Shown here piece by piece: positions 24,526 through 37,480 of a DNA stretch of 64,000 nucleotides. The first letter of the stretch is position 1, and the number at the start of each line of letters is the position of its first letter. The notes beneath the pieces are model-generated. The model had not been told where the DNA came from. It saw only the letters and a list, made by a program, of their open reading frames with translations, and did no database searches. The translations under genes and the position numbers were made by a program. Source of the DNA: Zootoca vivipara (taxonomy: Eukaryota); NCBI RefSeq assembly GCF_963506605.1, contig NC_083277.1:11718001-11782000 (forward strand). The letters run 5' to 3'.

Positions 24526-25324
24526 CTGAAACACAGTGCAGGCTATGGTAAGAAGATCTGGAAGACTTAAGACTGTTTGGAAAGAAAAAGGCCTTCTTGG
24601 ATCAGGGCCCAAATCTGCCAGACCTAGTAGTATTGTGGTCTCCGCAGTAGCCAACAAGGTGGGGTTCGGATCCTCAGCAGCAGCAGGGACAGCCAGCCTG
24701 GTGGTCTCTCCTTCATGGGATGTTTATAAGCAGAGGTTGGGTGGCCATCTGTGATGGGTTCCTTAGCTATGATTCCTTCCCTCTGCCCTGATCTGCAGCA
24801 GCTGCCTTTTGGCTGGGTGGGAAGATCAAACCAAGCAACAAAAAAATCATTGGGTTGACATGGCTGACTTCTAGGCGAGGGAGGGGAGTGTCGGTGTTTC
24901 GAGTTCTGCTTCTTTTAGCTGCTGGTTTGTGGGTGGAAGTGCAGTTCGATCATTAGTGCATTGCCAAAGTTTTCCATTGCCATTAAAGGGAAGGGGGGCC
25001 CCTGTATTGTGGGTTATTACACACTGCATGGGTTTTGCATGAATTTTCTTTTCTATGATATAATAAATGGATGCAGATGTATCCCGAGGTAAGCTACTTG
25101 GAGACTTTTAAGATAGCAAGCAATTATAATCCTTTTCAATAATAATAAATGAGACACAGGGAGGCCATAAGAACACAGGAAGAGCCTGCTGGATCAGGCC
25201 GATGGTCCAGAATCGTGTTCTCACAGTGGCCAACCAGATGCCTGGGAGAAATCAGCAAGCAGGATCCGAACACAGGAGCCCTCTCCCCTCATGTGATTTC
25301 CAGCAACTGGCATTCAGAAGCATT

Positions 25325-25443
25325 GCTTTTAGAAGACATCTGAAGGCAGCCCTGTTTAGGGAAGCTTTTAATGTTTAACAGACTATTGTATTTTGTTGGA
25401 AGCTGCCCAGGAACCCAGCCAGAGGGGCGGGTATAAATAATAA

Positions 25444-25490
<47 letters not shown>
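25325..25490 (+). mobile_element. L2 3' end with (TTA)n tail
   Basis: ggcagccctgtttagggaagcttttaatgtt..ggggcgggtataaataataaattatta. Confidence 0.75.
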
Positions 25491-25491
<1 letters not shown>

Positions 25492-25532
25492 TGCTGCCTC
25501 CAACCATGGAGGCAGAGAATAGCCATAATGGC

Positions 25533-25833
25533 TAAAGGTAAAGGTAAAGGGACCCCTGACCATTAGGTCCAGTCGTGACCGACTCTGGGGTTGCGGCGCT
25601 CATCTCGCATTATTGGCCGAGGGAGCCAGCGTACAGCTTCCAGGTCATGTGGCCAGCATGACAAAGCCGCTTCTGGCAAACCAGAGCAGCACATTACCTT
25701 CCCGCTGTAGCAGTTCCTATTTATCTACTTGCATTTTGACGTGCTTTCGAACTGCTAGGTTGGCAGGAGCTGGGACCAAGCAACGGGAGCTCACCCCGTC
25801 ACAGGGATTCGAACCACCGACCTTCTGATCAGC
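25533..25833 (-). mobile_element. Sauria SINE
   Basis: aaaggtaaaggtaaagggacccctgacc..accgaccttctgatcagcaag. Confidence 0.88.
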
Positions 25834-25949
25834 AAGGTTTATAGAAAACCCAACCTTCAGCAATGCCACTCCATCGCACCAAAGAAGGCAGAGCTGCCGA
25901 CGTTTTGTCAGAGTCACCTGGGACGGCCAAAGTAACAAAATTTCCTCAC

Positions 25950-26564
25950 CCGGTGCTCCTGCATTTCGACCTCCTCCTTCCAAAGCAAGAAATCCTCTGC
26001 TAGGGCCACCGCCTTGGCGCAGGTCTCAGGGCAATCCCCCCTAACCCAGCCCTGCATTTCTAAGGGCAGGATGTCCAGGAACTGCTCCAGAATCACCAGT
26101 TCCAAGATCTGCTCCTTTGTACGGGTCTCAGGCTTCAGCCACCGGCGGCACAGCTCCTGGAGCTTCCGCAAAACCTCTCGGGGTCCCTCGTTCTCCTGGT
26201 AGCAGAACTGCCTGAATCGCTGGCGTAGCCTCTCCTTTTCCGGAATCCCTCCTTCCACGCTCAGTGGAAAACCCTGACTTCTGGAGACTTTCCCAACGAG
26301 ACCCAGAAAAGTTCGAGACCCCAACTTTCCTCTTGGCCCACGGTTGCTGTCGGCGATGGCTGAAGAGAACGCCATGTCATCCCAGCCTACGAATCCAGGC
26401 ACCTGGGATTTGCCTCTTTCTGAGCCAGTTCCCTCCTGGGATTTCTGCCACTCCCAGGGCTGGAGCAAGTCTTCATCTGGCTCCCCTTTAACCTGCTGTG
26501 TGCCGACACCAGACAGAAACCTCCCAGCCTGGCCGAGACGAGAGCCTCTTCCTCCTTCCTCCAT
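25950..26564 (-). CDS. Gene S first coding exon with SCAN domain
   Basis: [69 protein letters not shown]; ATG at 26564; donor CGG|gtgagg; acceptor at 26643. Confidence 0.92.
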
Positions 26565-28191
26565 TTTCTCCCCTGGAACTGGCACAAGCGACGTTCCGGT
26601 CCGCCACTTTTATTCCTGGCTGTGCATCCTGTCTTGGAAGAAGCTGAAATGAAAATCTAATAAAAGCACCCGTCCGCCCACAAAATGGATCGAGCCAAGA
26701 GTCCATTTGGCCCAGAGTTCTCTTCCCAGCAAAGGCTAGCTATATGACAGTACTTCACTGCTGCGCCCCTCCTTCCCCCATGGAGGTTCCATTCAGCCAT
26801 TGCTCCTTCTATTCCCAACGTTCAAAGCACAAGTGTCAATCCTTTCGTAGCCAAAAATATATATCGGCAGGCTTGAGGAAACCCCAAGGTGTGCAAATGG
26901 TTCAAAATATTCAGGCAGTTCAAACAAAAAATTTTTCCCCCAAGGGTGAGAGGGGAAAAAAAACACTTCCAAAATACTCCACTGAAATCTGAACATGCTC
27001 AGAGGTCATGGAATGCTGACTGATCCCCAGGCCATTGTGGCTGTCATTACTCAGTTCTGAATAATGCAAACAATATTTCCATTTTGGAAAGTGCAAAGAA
27101 TAGAAAAATAACTCTTAGGAGCTGCTGTGCCTTGCTATGGTACGTAATGTGCTTTCAGGAGTACCCTTTTTGGAGCTGTTTTCCTCTTCCGTAGCCAGGC
27201 AGGGTGGGGACCCGATCCACCCAGATGCACACTTACTCCCCCCCATGTGGCGTAGTTAGGGGGGCAGGTCTTTTGTTAGGGGGGCAGAACCTCAGCTAGC
27301 TATTTATTTATATTTATTTTTGGGGTAGCTACCCCTCCCTGCCCCCCCGGCTATGCCCATGCCTGGGAGTAAGCCCCACTGAGCCCAGCAAAAAATTTAC
27401 TACTTGAGTAGTAAGTGTGCCAAAAATGGGAGCACAAAGTCTCCTATTTACCTGGGAACGAAGTCCACCGAATTCAATCATACACACTACCTTGTAAATT
27501 GGGTTTTCTGATTCTTGAAACAAATAATGTCAGTACTGTACCTGTTTGTGCGTGGAAGGGAGAGGCGCACAAAACAGCTGCGTTTGGCAATACTTGGGAC
27601 ACAACCCAGTGCAAAATCTGCCTCTCTGCCTGACGTGTACAGGTAAAACTATGGAGTATGGGGTGGGGGGAGAGCCAGCCTTGCCCCTTTCCTTTCAAGT
27701 AGCCTGAAAGTGAAATAACCAGTCCAGCCAGTTTTGAGTTCCTCCCCCCCCCACTCCTGGTAGGCTGGCACCCTTACTTGCCCCTGCTTGTTCTGCAACC
27801 ATGTGCAGAAGACTTGCCTGGCTGGAAAATTAGCTAGTCTGGCCTCAGGGCACTGTCAAATTGGGGGCAGTGGGTGGAGATGAAAGGGGGGGTCGTCCTC
27901 CTTCAGAGAAGCATAAATATGCTTCTAAACATATTTTTTTACTGTTAATAAATAATATAATAATAAGAATAAGTATACGTGACCTGTCTCTTAAAATGCG
28001 ATTTTATTTTACACTGTATATTGTTGTGTATTTGGGGCAGGGAGGAACAGTCTGGGTGATATCCCCCCCCCCCCCGTGTCCCTTCCAGCCCTGTATCTGT
28101 GGGGGTCGAAGCTATAAAGGGAAAGCTTGCCTAACCAGTTCTTTTTGTTGAAGTAATGGCTTAGGCTGGCTAGCTCAGTTGGTTAGTTATC

Positions 28192-28785
28192 TAGTTGCTC
28201 TAGTTATCTCTCGCTTGGACTACTGCAATGCGCTCTACGTGGGGCTACCTTTGAAGGTGACCCGGGAACTACAACTAACCCAGAATGCGGCAGCTAGACT
28301 GGTGACTGGGAGCGGCCACCGAGACCACATAACACCGGTCCTGAAAGACCTACATTGGCTCCCAGTACCGGTACGTTTCCGAGCACAATTCAAAGTGTTG
28401 GTGCTGACCTTTAAAGCCCTAAACGGCCTCGGTCCAGTATACCTGAAGGAGCATCTCCACCCCCATCGTTCTGCCCGGACACTGAGGTCCAGCGCCGAGG
28501 GCCTTCTGGAGGTTCCCTCGCTACGAGAAGCCAAGTTACAGGGAACCAGGCAGAGGGCCTTCTCGGTAGTGGCACCCACCCTGTGGAATGCCCTCCCACC
28601 AGAGGTCAAAGAGAACAACAACTACCAGACCTTTAGAAGGCATCTTAAGGCAGCCCTGTTTAGGGAAGCTTTTAATGTTTGATGGATTTCTGTATTTTAA
28701 TATTTTGTTGGAAGCCGCCCAGAGTGGCTGGGGAACCCGACCAGATGGATGGGGTATAAATAATAAATTATTGTTATTATTATTA
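28192..28785 (+). mobile_element. L2 LINE 3' part
   Basis: ALVISRLDYCNALYVGLP..LHWLP..LWNALP..KAALFREAFNV; tta tail. Confidence 0.9.
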
Positions 28786-29191
28786 GAGCAGCAATAAGGT
28801 CTTTGCCTGGTGCAGAAAAGGCTTCAGAGAAGAAGCCAGCCAAGCCGCTCTGGGGGAGGCCGTTTCGCAATCAGATTCCCTATTTAGTATGTTTTTATTC
28901 TGCCTTCCCTCTAAAGAGTTCAGATCCTACCCTCAAAACAACCCTGCAAGGTAGGTCAGGCTGAGTGACTGCAACTGGCCCCATGGGGCCCTGTGAGCTT
29001 CATGGCTAAGAGCAGGGATTTAAAAACTGGCTGGTTCTCCCTGGTGGGTGGCGGGAGGAAAAATCCACCACTCAGCATAACCACAAAACCACCATAAGTC
29101 AATTCTCTCACCTCATCCATAGACACATACCCATAAGGAAATCCCACTGAGATCAATGGGAAATCCCACTGAGATCAATGGGAAATATCCG

Positions 29192-29330
29192 TGCGCAGCT
29201 CAGTCAGTAGAGCAAGAGACTCTTAATATCAGGCTCGTGGGTTCGAGACCCATGTTGGGCAAAAGATTCCTGCATTGCAGGGTTGGACTAGATGACCCTT
29301 GGGGTCCCTTCCGACTCTACAACTCCATGA
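29192..29330 (+). mobile_element. SINE with tRNA-Lys(CTT)-derived head and CR1 3' tail
   Basis: agctcagtcagtagagcaagagactcttaatatcaggctcgtgggttcgagacccatgttgggc followed by gattcctgcattgcagggttggactagatgacc. Confidence 0.8.
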
Positions 29331-29349
29331 TCCTTCGCCCCAAACCGAT

Positions 29350-29920
29350 CCCCTCGCCTTCCCTCTCTCTGCCCATCCGTGCGCCTCGCTCCGCTACACG
29401 GTCCGCGGATGGGAAAGGAGGACTGGGGAGAATTATTTGGAGACCGTCCCCAGCCCTGGTCGTTGGCCGATACAGCTCCATCCGTCCACGGCCACGGATT
29501 TCCTGCTTGGCGGCTCCCTCTCCCTCCTGCTGCTGGAGCTGGGGGTCCCACCTTCACTCACCTTTACCTGGCCAGATTCCCCGACCTTGTGCGCCCCCCG
29601 CGCATTGCAGGTCCAGCGTGCGGGCGCCTCCAGGTCGCTCCCCGCACAGTCAGGAGAGAGATCTCTCTGTTCTCTCTCTGTCTCTCTCGGAGGGTAGGTG
29701 GGTGGGGTTGAAAGCTGGCCAGAGAGTTCGTAGGCTCCTAGAGAGACCGAGTTGAAGAAGGCGAGGCCAACTCCTCCTTCCTCCTCTTCCTCCTCCTCCT
29801 CCATCACCGTGGGAAAGCGCCAATTATATTTCCCACCCTTTCGGATAACTGCGCCGGGCGCTTTCCCTATCCTTTTTGCATCGCCTGAGTGAGCGTTTCT
29901 TTCCAGCTTCAGGTTATATA
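29350..29920 (-). promoter_or_regulatory. CpG-island promoter and exon 1 of gene S
   Basis: CpG-rich; minus-strand donors CAG|gtaaag and AAG|gtgagt at ~29555-29568. Confidence 0.6.
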
Positions 29921-30671
29921 AAGGGCATTACACACCCACCCACCCACCCACCCCGAAGATCAAAACCTCTGTTAAAAGATACAGCAGCAGGTTTTTTTTT
30001 TGTTTTTGTTTAGCCACTTGGCAACCCTGTTCACACGCTCAGTTCCCTGGGGTGGGGGTGGGGAGATGCTCAAAAGGTTAAACAAGCAGAGCTGAAATTC
30101 CTAGAGAGAGAAAGCAGGAAACGTGTGATTGGGTAGCTGCGATAATAAAGAGAGGGAAAGGAAAGGAACGAAGCGGGAGGCTTTTTCCAGTCCCTCCCCC
30201 TTTAGGGAGAAATGCCTTTTCGGTGCAATTGTGGACTGCAGATCCTGGCCCCCAGAAGGGGCTGGACATAGGTGGGTGAGTGGTAGCAGAAGAGGGGATA
30301 TATCTGAAGGGTCTGGGGTGGTAGAAGAAAAAACATCCACCCCATGGCTGGTGCAAGAAGAGGGAGTCGGTGGGGTTACAAACAGAGCCACTCCAGAGAG
30401 CAGGGAAATGCCTCCTCCGCTGAAAATCAGGAACTGACTGAGCAACACCCAAAACCTTTGCATTGCAGATAAGAGTATTAGCTAGCAGGACCAGTGGCCA
30501 AGGATGATGGGAACTGCAGTCCAAAAAAACAGCTGGCGACCCAAGTTTGGGAAACCCTGGTCTATCCTGACCGGCAGTGGCTTTCCACGGTTTGAGACAG
30601 GGGCACAGACCCAGCCCTGCCTTAAGATCATAGAATTGCAGAGTTGGAAGGGACACTAAGGGTCATCTAGT

Positions 30672-31130
30672 TTCCCCAGCCACTATGGGCGGCTCCCAAC
30701 AGAATATTAAAAACACAATAAAACATCAGACATTAAAAACTTCTCTAAACAGGGCTGCCGTCAGATGTCTTCTAAAAGTCAGGTGGTTGTTTATTTCCTT
30801 GACATCTGGTGGGAGGGCATTCCACAGAGTGGGTGCCACTACCGAGAAGGCCCTGTGCCTGGTTCCACTTCTCGCAGTGAGGGAACCGCCAGAAGGCCCT
30901 CGGCGCTGGACCTCAGTGTCCGGGCTGAATGATGGGGGTGGAGACGCTTCTTCAAGTATACTTGGCCAAGGCCATTTAGGGCTTTAAAGATCAGCACCAA
31001 TACTTTGAATTGTGCCCAGAAATGTACTGGGAGCCAATGTAGGTCTTTTCCAGGACCAGTGTTACATGGTCTCTGCGGCCACTCCCAGTCACCAATCCTG
31101 CTGCCACATTCTGGATTAGTTGTAGTTTCT
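30672..31130 (-). mobile_element. L2 LINE 3' part
   Basis: Same family as 28192 and 56715 copies. Confidence 0.85.
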
Positions 31131-31591
31131 GGGACTGCATACTAAATCTCATTGAACTCAATAGGGCATACATCTGATTAGATGTGTACAGGACTGCACT
31201 CTGTGTGTTTTCTTTTCATCATGCTTGGGGGGGGGGGGCGCAGCTGTGTTAGTCTGGATTCAGTTCAAGTAAAATAAAAAATCCCAAATGTCCAGCCAAC
31301 AGATTTATTATTGTGACATTCATTTTCATGGTCCGGGAGCCATTTTTGTCGGACGCAGGGATACTTGACCCCAGCACCTGGTATTCAGATAAAATGCCTC
31401 TGCACGAGGAGGTTCTGTTTGGCTCTTCGCACACCTCTGAGAGTGTCTCTTACCCTCTTAAAACAAAGGCCTCTCTAGTCTGGCATTCTCCGTTTTCCCT
31501 AAAGGTTTGCTAGATGCTTCGGAGCACAATAACACTCTCCCACCCATGTTCCACGGAAATTGGTACCCAAGTTCTGCTACTGTGGGTAATA

Positions 31592-32195
31592 CAGGTGAAA
31601 CTGTATTAGAATATCCTCGAAAAGTGCATTTATTTCAGTAACGCAACTTAAAAGGTGAAACCAATATATGAGATAGATGCATGACATGCAAAGCAAGATA
31701 TGCCAAGCCTTTATTTGTTGTAATTATTTGTCGTTAGGTGGGTCAATTATAAATGGAATGTAATAAATGAAATGTAATAGTGATGTTTATTTTTGTTTAT
31801 TTCTGTATTATTGTAACTACAGTGGTACCTCTACTTACGAATTTAATGCATTCCGAACGCACATTTGTAAGTCGAAAAATTTGTAAGTCGAATCCCATAG
31901 GAATGCATTGGGAGAAAAAATACGTAAGTCGAAGCAACCCTATCTAAAAATTTGTAAGTAGAAAAAATCCTATCTAAACCGCATCCAAGATGGCAGACGG
32001 AGCTCCATTCGTAAGTAGAAACATTCGTAAGTAGAATTATTCGCAAGTAGAGGTAGCACTGTATTTGTTTTATTACTGTGGAATTTCCAAAAGAAAGCAT
32101 TTGTAAAAATAAAAATAAAAATAAAAAACAATAAGTTGCATTACTGAAATAAATGCACTTTTCGACGATATTCTAATTTTTTTGAGTTTTACCTG
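31592..32195. mobile_element. Tc1/mariner MITE (caggtgaaac family), copy 3, with nested MITE
   Basis: TIRs as copies 1 and 2; interrupted at a TA by 31820-32061. Confidence 0.85.
31820..32061. mobile_element. Tigger-like MITE (cagtggtacctctacttacg family), nested
   Basis: TA TSD; host rejoins as ttgtaacta|tttgtttt; inverted sibling at 35100-35333. Confidence 0.85.
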
Positions 32196-32799
32196 TATAT
32201 AGCCATCGTGATGAGTAGATACTGATAGCATTGACCTCAGTGAATTTGTCTAACCCACCGTAATCTGCCCAAGTTGGAAGCAATCACTGCATCATGGGGC
32301 AGTGAGTTTCACAGCTTAAGCATGCACTTTGCGAAGAAGCCTCGTATTTTGCTGGTCCGAGATCTCCTGCCCTCCAGCTTCATTGGGCGGCCCGACGATT
32401 TAATATTATAAGAGCAAGAAAAACACCTCCCTATCCACTTTCTCCACACTGTATAAACTTACAGACCTCTACCATGTCTTCCCACCCTGTCTTACTTGCC
32501 TTTCCTATAATCTAAAAAAGCCAAATGTTGTGACCTTTCTAGGCAGTCCTTTGATCGTTGTGACTGTCCTTGCCCCCCTTTTTTTTCCAAATGAAGATGC
32601 CAGGGATTAAACTTCTGCCAGCAAGCTAAGTGCTATATCACTGCGCTACAATCTTCTTTCATGACGGGTCATTCTGTTTTTGCTGAGGGGGAGGGGAGAG
32701 GATTGTGTATTCTTTTCTCTCCCAAATCGATAATGAGGGAAGAATGAAGGAAAAATCCTCAGTTCACAGAAAGCCTGGGGTGCCCCTCACATTCTGAGC

Positions 32800-32832
<33 letters not shown>

Positions 32833-32836
<4 letters not shown>

Positions 32837-33065
32837 GTGATACCCTGGGTTACAGATGCTTCAGGTTACAGACACTTCAGGTTACAGACTCCGCTAACCC
32901 AGAAATAGGACCTTGGGTTAAGAACTTTACTTCAGGATGAGAACAGAAATAGCGGGCGGGGGCAGCAGGAGGCCCCATTTGCTAAAGTGGTGTCTCAGGT
33001 TAAGAACAGTTTCAGGTTAAGAACGGACCTCCAGAACGAATTAAGTTCTTAATCCGAGGTGCCAC

Positions 33066-33067
<2 letters not shown>
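32833..33067. mobile_element. Tigger-like MITE flanked by (CA)n and (TA)n
   Basis: Reverse-complement homologue of the 53364-54090 host element. Confidence 0.7.
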
Positions 33068-33126
<59 letters not shown>

Positions 33127-33260
33127 AAAACACACACACATCCTCCTTGCCTGAAAGTTGACTGAGGTGACACACAAACTTTAAAAGCACATCACACACA
33201 AATCACTTCACAACCTCGTTAGGATCTGTACTCCGAAACAGACGCCCGCAGTGTCCGAGC

Positions 33261-34618
33261 TCAGCTTTTGTACGGCTTCCCTGCCGTGTGGGTTCTCTCG
33301 TGAGCAGTAAGGGTAGAACTCTGATTGAAGCTTTTCGTGCAGTGCAAGCACTTGTAGGGCTTCTCCCCGGTGTGGATCCTCTGGTGCCTGATCAGGTGTG
33401 CTTTGTGGCTGAAGCTCCTGCCGCAGACCAGGCAGGTGTAGGGCTTCTCTCCCGTGTGGCTTCTCTTGTGCCTGTTAAGGTTCGACTTCCCACTGAAGCT
33501 CTTCCCGCAGGCTGTGCAGGTGTACTGCTTGACCCCCGAGTGGCTCCTCTGGTGGCCAATGAGGTCCGTCCTGTGCTTGAAGCTCTCGCTGCAGTTGGGG
33601 CACTTGTAGGGCTTTTCCCCTGTGTGGATCTTCTCGTGGCGGAGGAGGTGGGCCTTGTGGCAGAAGCCTTTCCCGCACACCGAGCAGAGGTATGACTTCT
33701 CCCCGGTGTGGCTCCTCTCGTGCCGGGTGAGGTTGGACCTCCCGCTGAACCCTTTCCCGCAAATGGCGCACGCGTACGGCTTGTCGCCCGTGTGGGTCCT
33801 CTCGTGGATGACGTAGTCTGAGCGGTGGTTGAAGCCCTTCCCGCAAGCCGGGCACTCGTACGGCTTCTCGCCCGTGTGGCTCCTCTCGTGCGCGGCGAGC
33901 TTGGCACTCTGGCCAAAGCTCTTCTCGCAGTGTGAGCATTTGTAGGGCTTCTCGGTGTGGGTCCTCTCGTGGGAGATCAGCGTGGAGCTCTGGCTGAAGC
34001 TTTTCAGGCACTGCGAGCATTTGTAGGGCTTCTCCCCCGTGTGGATCCTCTCGTGGCGGATCATGTGCGCTTTGTGGCTGAAGCCCCTGCCACACGCCGA
34101 GCAGGTGTACGGCTTCTCTCCCGTGTGGCTCCTCTGGTGCCGGTTGAGGTTGGACCTCCCGCTGAAGCTCTTTCCGCAGAACGAGCAAATGTGGGGCTTC
34201 TCTCCTGTGTGGGTTCTCCAGTGAGCGATAAGGTAAGACCTCACGTTGAAGCCCTTCCCGCAGAGCGAGCACTTGTGGGGCTTCTCTCCCGTGTGGGTTC
34301 TCTCGTGAGCGAGGAGGTACGAGCGCCCGTTGAAGGTTTTCCCGCAATGCGAGCACGTGTACGGTTTCTCTCCCGCGTGGCCTCGCTCCTGGGCGAGGAA
34401 GTATTTTCTCCAGACGAAGACCTTCCCGTAGTTGGAGCATTTGTAGGGCTTCTTGCAAACTCTCTTCCCTGCCTGGCTTCCCTGCTGCCTTTCTGCTCTG
34501 TACTGATTGGCTCTCCGGAAAACGCTCCCTCTGGCCATCGTCAACGATGCCCTCGTGGGCTCCATGTGCTTCACACTCCCAGGCAGAAAATCCTCCTCTT
34601 CTTTGGCATAGCCATTGC
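33261..34618 (-). CDS. Gene B terminal exon: 13 intact C2H2 fingers plus one degenerate finger
   Basis: Acceptor gcttccgacag|GC AAT GGC (phase 1, GNGYAKEEE); very high GC3. Confidence 0.93.
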
Positions 34619-35099
34619 CTGTCGGAAGCAACAGGGAAGTCATGACACCGCACATTAATTCCCGAGCAAATGATCGTTCTGCTTAATGTATTGAGGGACT
34701 GGCAAGATGCTGACAAGTGTGCGCCAGGGGAAGCAGGGCTGGAGTCTGACTCAGGAGCAGGGGCCAGTGATTTGTGGGGAACTATTCCGGTCAGGAGGCA
34801 AGAGTCAGAGGCAGGGGAAGCTTCAGAGCTGGAGCATGGAGTCCAGGATGGGTTGGAAGAAGAGGAAGAGGCAGGTCAGGAGGAAAGTGAGGGGGCAGGT
34901 GCTTCCCCACCTTCTCCTGCACCTCTGCCTCCCAGAACCAAGAGGGGGCTGAACAGGGATGAGCAGAGGACATTTCCATGCAGGCACAGTCTCCAGGTGC
35001 ATGCATACAGCCCAGCTGAAGACATTTTCGTTTTAAGAAGGGTTTCCCTGGGGGATGACTCAGTTAGCTATGGAACAATACCATACCCAATTAAAACTA

Positions 35100-35333
35100 C
35101 AGTGGTTCCTCTACTTATGAATAACTCTATTTACGAATGTTTCCACTTACGAACGGAGCTCCGCCCGCAATCTTGGATGCGGTTTAGGTAGGATTTTTTC
35201 TACTTACGAATTTTTAGATAGGGTAGACTTACGAATTTTTTTTTCTCCCAATGCATTCCTATGGGATTCGACTTACAATTTTTTCTGACTTACTGTTCGG
35301 AATGCATTAAATTCGTAAGTAGAGGTACCACTG
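35100..35333. mobile_element. Tigger-like MITE
   Basis: TA|cagtggttcct..aggtaccactg|TA; same family as 31820. Confidence 0.82.
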
Positions 35334-35472
35334 TATTTTGTTGTTTTTAGGATTTGTGAGGATGGCTTTATAGTTTTTATGGTTTTTGTGTGTTCGTGTT
35401 TTGGTCTTGTACACCATTTTCATGGCTTTGAAGCGCTCCAAGAATTTGTTACATCATCACTGAATCCCTCAC

Positions 35473-35574
35473 CTGGCTGGACTCCTGAGACAGCCGCACT
35501 TCTCTGAGATGTCTGGAGACTGGAGAGCCAGGGCTCCTCTTCTGGTTCCACCTTTACGATCACACCAGTAAATC
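35473..35574 (-). CDS. Gene B KRAB-B-derived exon (GFTGVIVKVEPEEEPWLSSLQTSQRSAAVSGVQP)
   Basis: ctcctccag|..ccag|gtgagg; 102 nt; phase 1-1. Confidence 0.82.
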
Positions 35575-35977
35575 CTGGAGGAGCAGAAGATGATCAAGTG
35601 TTGAAATTCTGGCTCAAGGACTGCCAGAGTGTGTTTGTTTGTGTGTGGGGCTGCATACGTTGCTGGAATCCAACTCCCATCAGCCTCAGCCAGCATGGCC
35701 AACAGTCAGGAATGATGGGAGTTGTAGTCTAACTGCATCTGGAGGGCACCCTCTGGACTATCCCAGTCATAACTTGATATGGTCAGAGGTACCGGCACTG
35801 ACTCAGGCAATAGTGCAATTGACAGCCTTATTAATCAATAGCCGGATTTGCCTGATCCCCTTTTAAAAGCCAGTTCAGTTGGCAGCCACCACATCTTAAG
35901 GGCTGTGAACGTCATAATTTGTGCTCTGTGAAGAAGGGCCTCCTCCTTTTGTCCATCCTGAGTCTCTGCTTCTTAGT

Positions 35978-36553
35978 ATAGGAGTATAGCATCTAGATCT
36001 AGGGAAGTAATAGTACCACTGTATTCTCCTCTGGTCAGACCTCACCTGGAGTATTGTGTCCAGTTCTGGGCACCACAGTTCAAGAAGGATACTGACAAGC
36101 TGGAACGTGTCCAGAGGAGGGCAACCAAAATGGTCAAAGGCCAGGAAATGATGCCTTATGAGGAACGGCTTAGGGAGCTGGGTATGTTTAGCCTGGAGAA
36201 GAGAAGCTTAAGGGGTGATATGATAGCCATGTTCAAATATATAAAAGGATGTCATATATAGGAGGGAGAAAGGTTGTTTTCTGCTGCTCCAGAGAAGCGA
36301 ACACATAGCAATGGGTTCAAACTTCAAGAAAGAAGATTCCACCTAAACATTAGGAATAACTTCCTGACAGTAAGAGCTGTTCAACAGTGGAAATTGCTGC
36401 CAAGAAGTGTGGTGGCGTCTCCTTCTTTGGAGGTCTTTAAGCAGAGGCTTGACAGCCATCTGTCAAGAATGCTTTGATGGTGTTTCCTGCCTGGCAGGGG
36501 GTTGGACTGGATGGCCCTTGTGGTCTCTTCCAACTCTATGATTCTATGATTCT
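35978..36553 (+). mobile_element. CR1 LINE 3' part
   Basis: [20 protein letters not shown]..; attctatg tail. Confidence 0.92.
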
Positions 36554-36618
36554 ATTGCAAGAGGAGATGTGGGGGTCATCTCACAGCCAGACTCTTCCCT
36601 CTATTGGGAAGGCCTCAC

Positions 36619-36702
36619 CTTCCTCACAGCCTTGATGATCTGAATCCCAGGGCTCCTCCTCCTCCTCTTCTTCTTCCACCTTCACAGTCACCGCAGGAAG
36701 CC
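36619..36702 (-). CDS. Gene B KRAB-B-derived exon (GLPAVTVKVEEEEEEEEPWDSDHQGCEE)
   Basis: cctcccgcag|..GAA G|gtgagg; 84 nt; phase 1-1. Confidence 0.8.
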
Positions 36703-37344
36703 CTGCGGGAGGAAAGAGATCTAAGAGGATCTCCGGAAAGACACATATTTCGGACAACCTCGTCTTAATCATATTCTTTCTTTCAAGGATTTAATCCTGC
36801 ACTTCAGCCGAAAATAGGACCTTGGGTTTGTGTTCCATAAGACATGGCACAAAAGGAAATGGGACTGGGAGGGAGGAGGGAAAAACGCAATCTTGGGCAA
36901 CAATTATTATAAGGCACATACCACCACCCTGCCCAGGTGGTTCTGCTGTTGCTGGCAGCCTCTGTTTCCCTCTAAGACATAGCCTTGAATTTAGACTCTC
37001 TCTTCCTTCACAGGGCAGCCGGTTCTGACAGCCTCTATTAAACAGTTCAAAACTGCAATCCCTCAAGGACCACCTCTCCCCATACTCTGCATTCATCCTC
37101 TGAGGCCCTTCTGTGTGTGCCTCCTCCACAAGAGGTCCGGGGATGGCAACATGAGAATGGGCCTTTTCCAAAGTAGCTCCCCATTTGTGGAATGCTCTCC
37201 CCAGGGAGGCTCGCCTGGCGCCTTTATCACATGTCTTTAGGCACCAGGCCAAAATGTTGCTCTTTAGCCAGGCCTTTGGCTGATTAATATTCTACAGCCT
37301 TTAAATGTGTTTGTGGGAGTGGGGAGGGGCTTATGGTTTTAACT

Positions 37345-37480
37345 CAGGCACCCCCAAACTTCAGCCCTCCAGATGTTTTGGGCTACAATTCCCATCATCC
37401 CCGACCACTGGTCCTGTTAGCTAGGGATCATGGGAGTTGTAGGCCAAAACATCTGGAGGGCCGCAGTTTGGGGATGCCTG
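37345..37480. mobile_element. 136-bp hairpin hAT MITE
   Basis: caggcacccccaaac..gtttggggatgcctg; 8-bp TSD ttttaact. Confidence 0.88.

Noticed and set aside
29192-29260. Functional tRNA-Lys gene
   Set aside because: Acceptor stem degraded, several stem mismatches, fused to a CR1 tail; it is a SINE head.
33475-34716. 413-aa alternative-frame ORF and antisense ORFs over gene B fingers
   Set aside because: Same shadow effect; no independent domain.
34670-35191. 173-aa acidic ORF in a gene B intron
   Set aside because: Antisense to gene B, LTR-like low complexity, and runs into a MITE.
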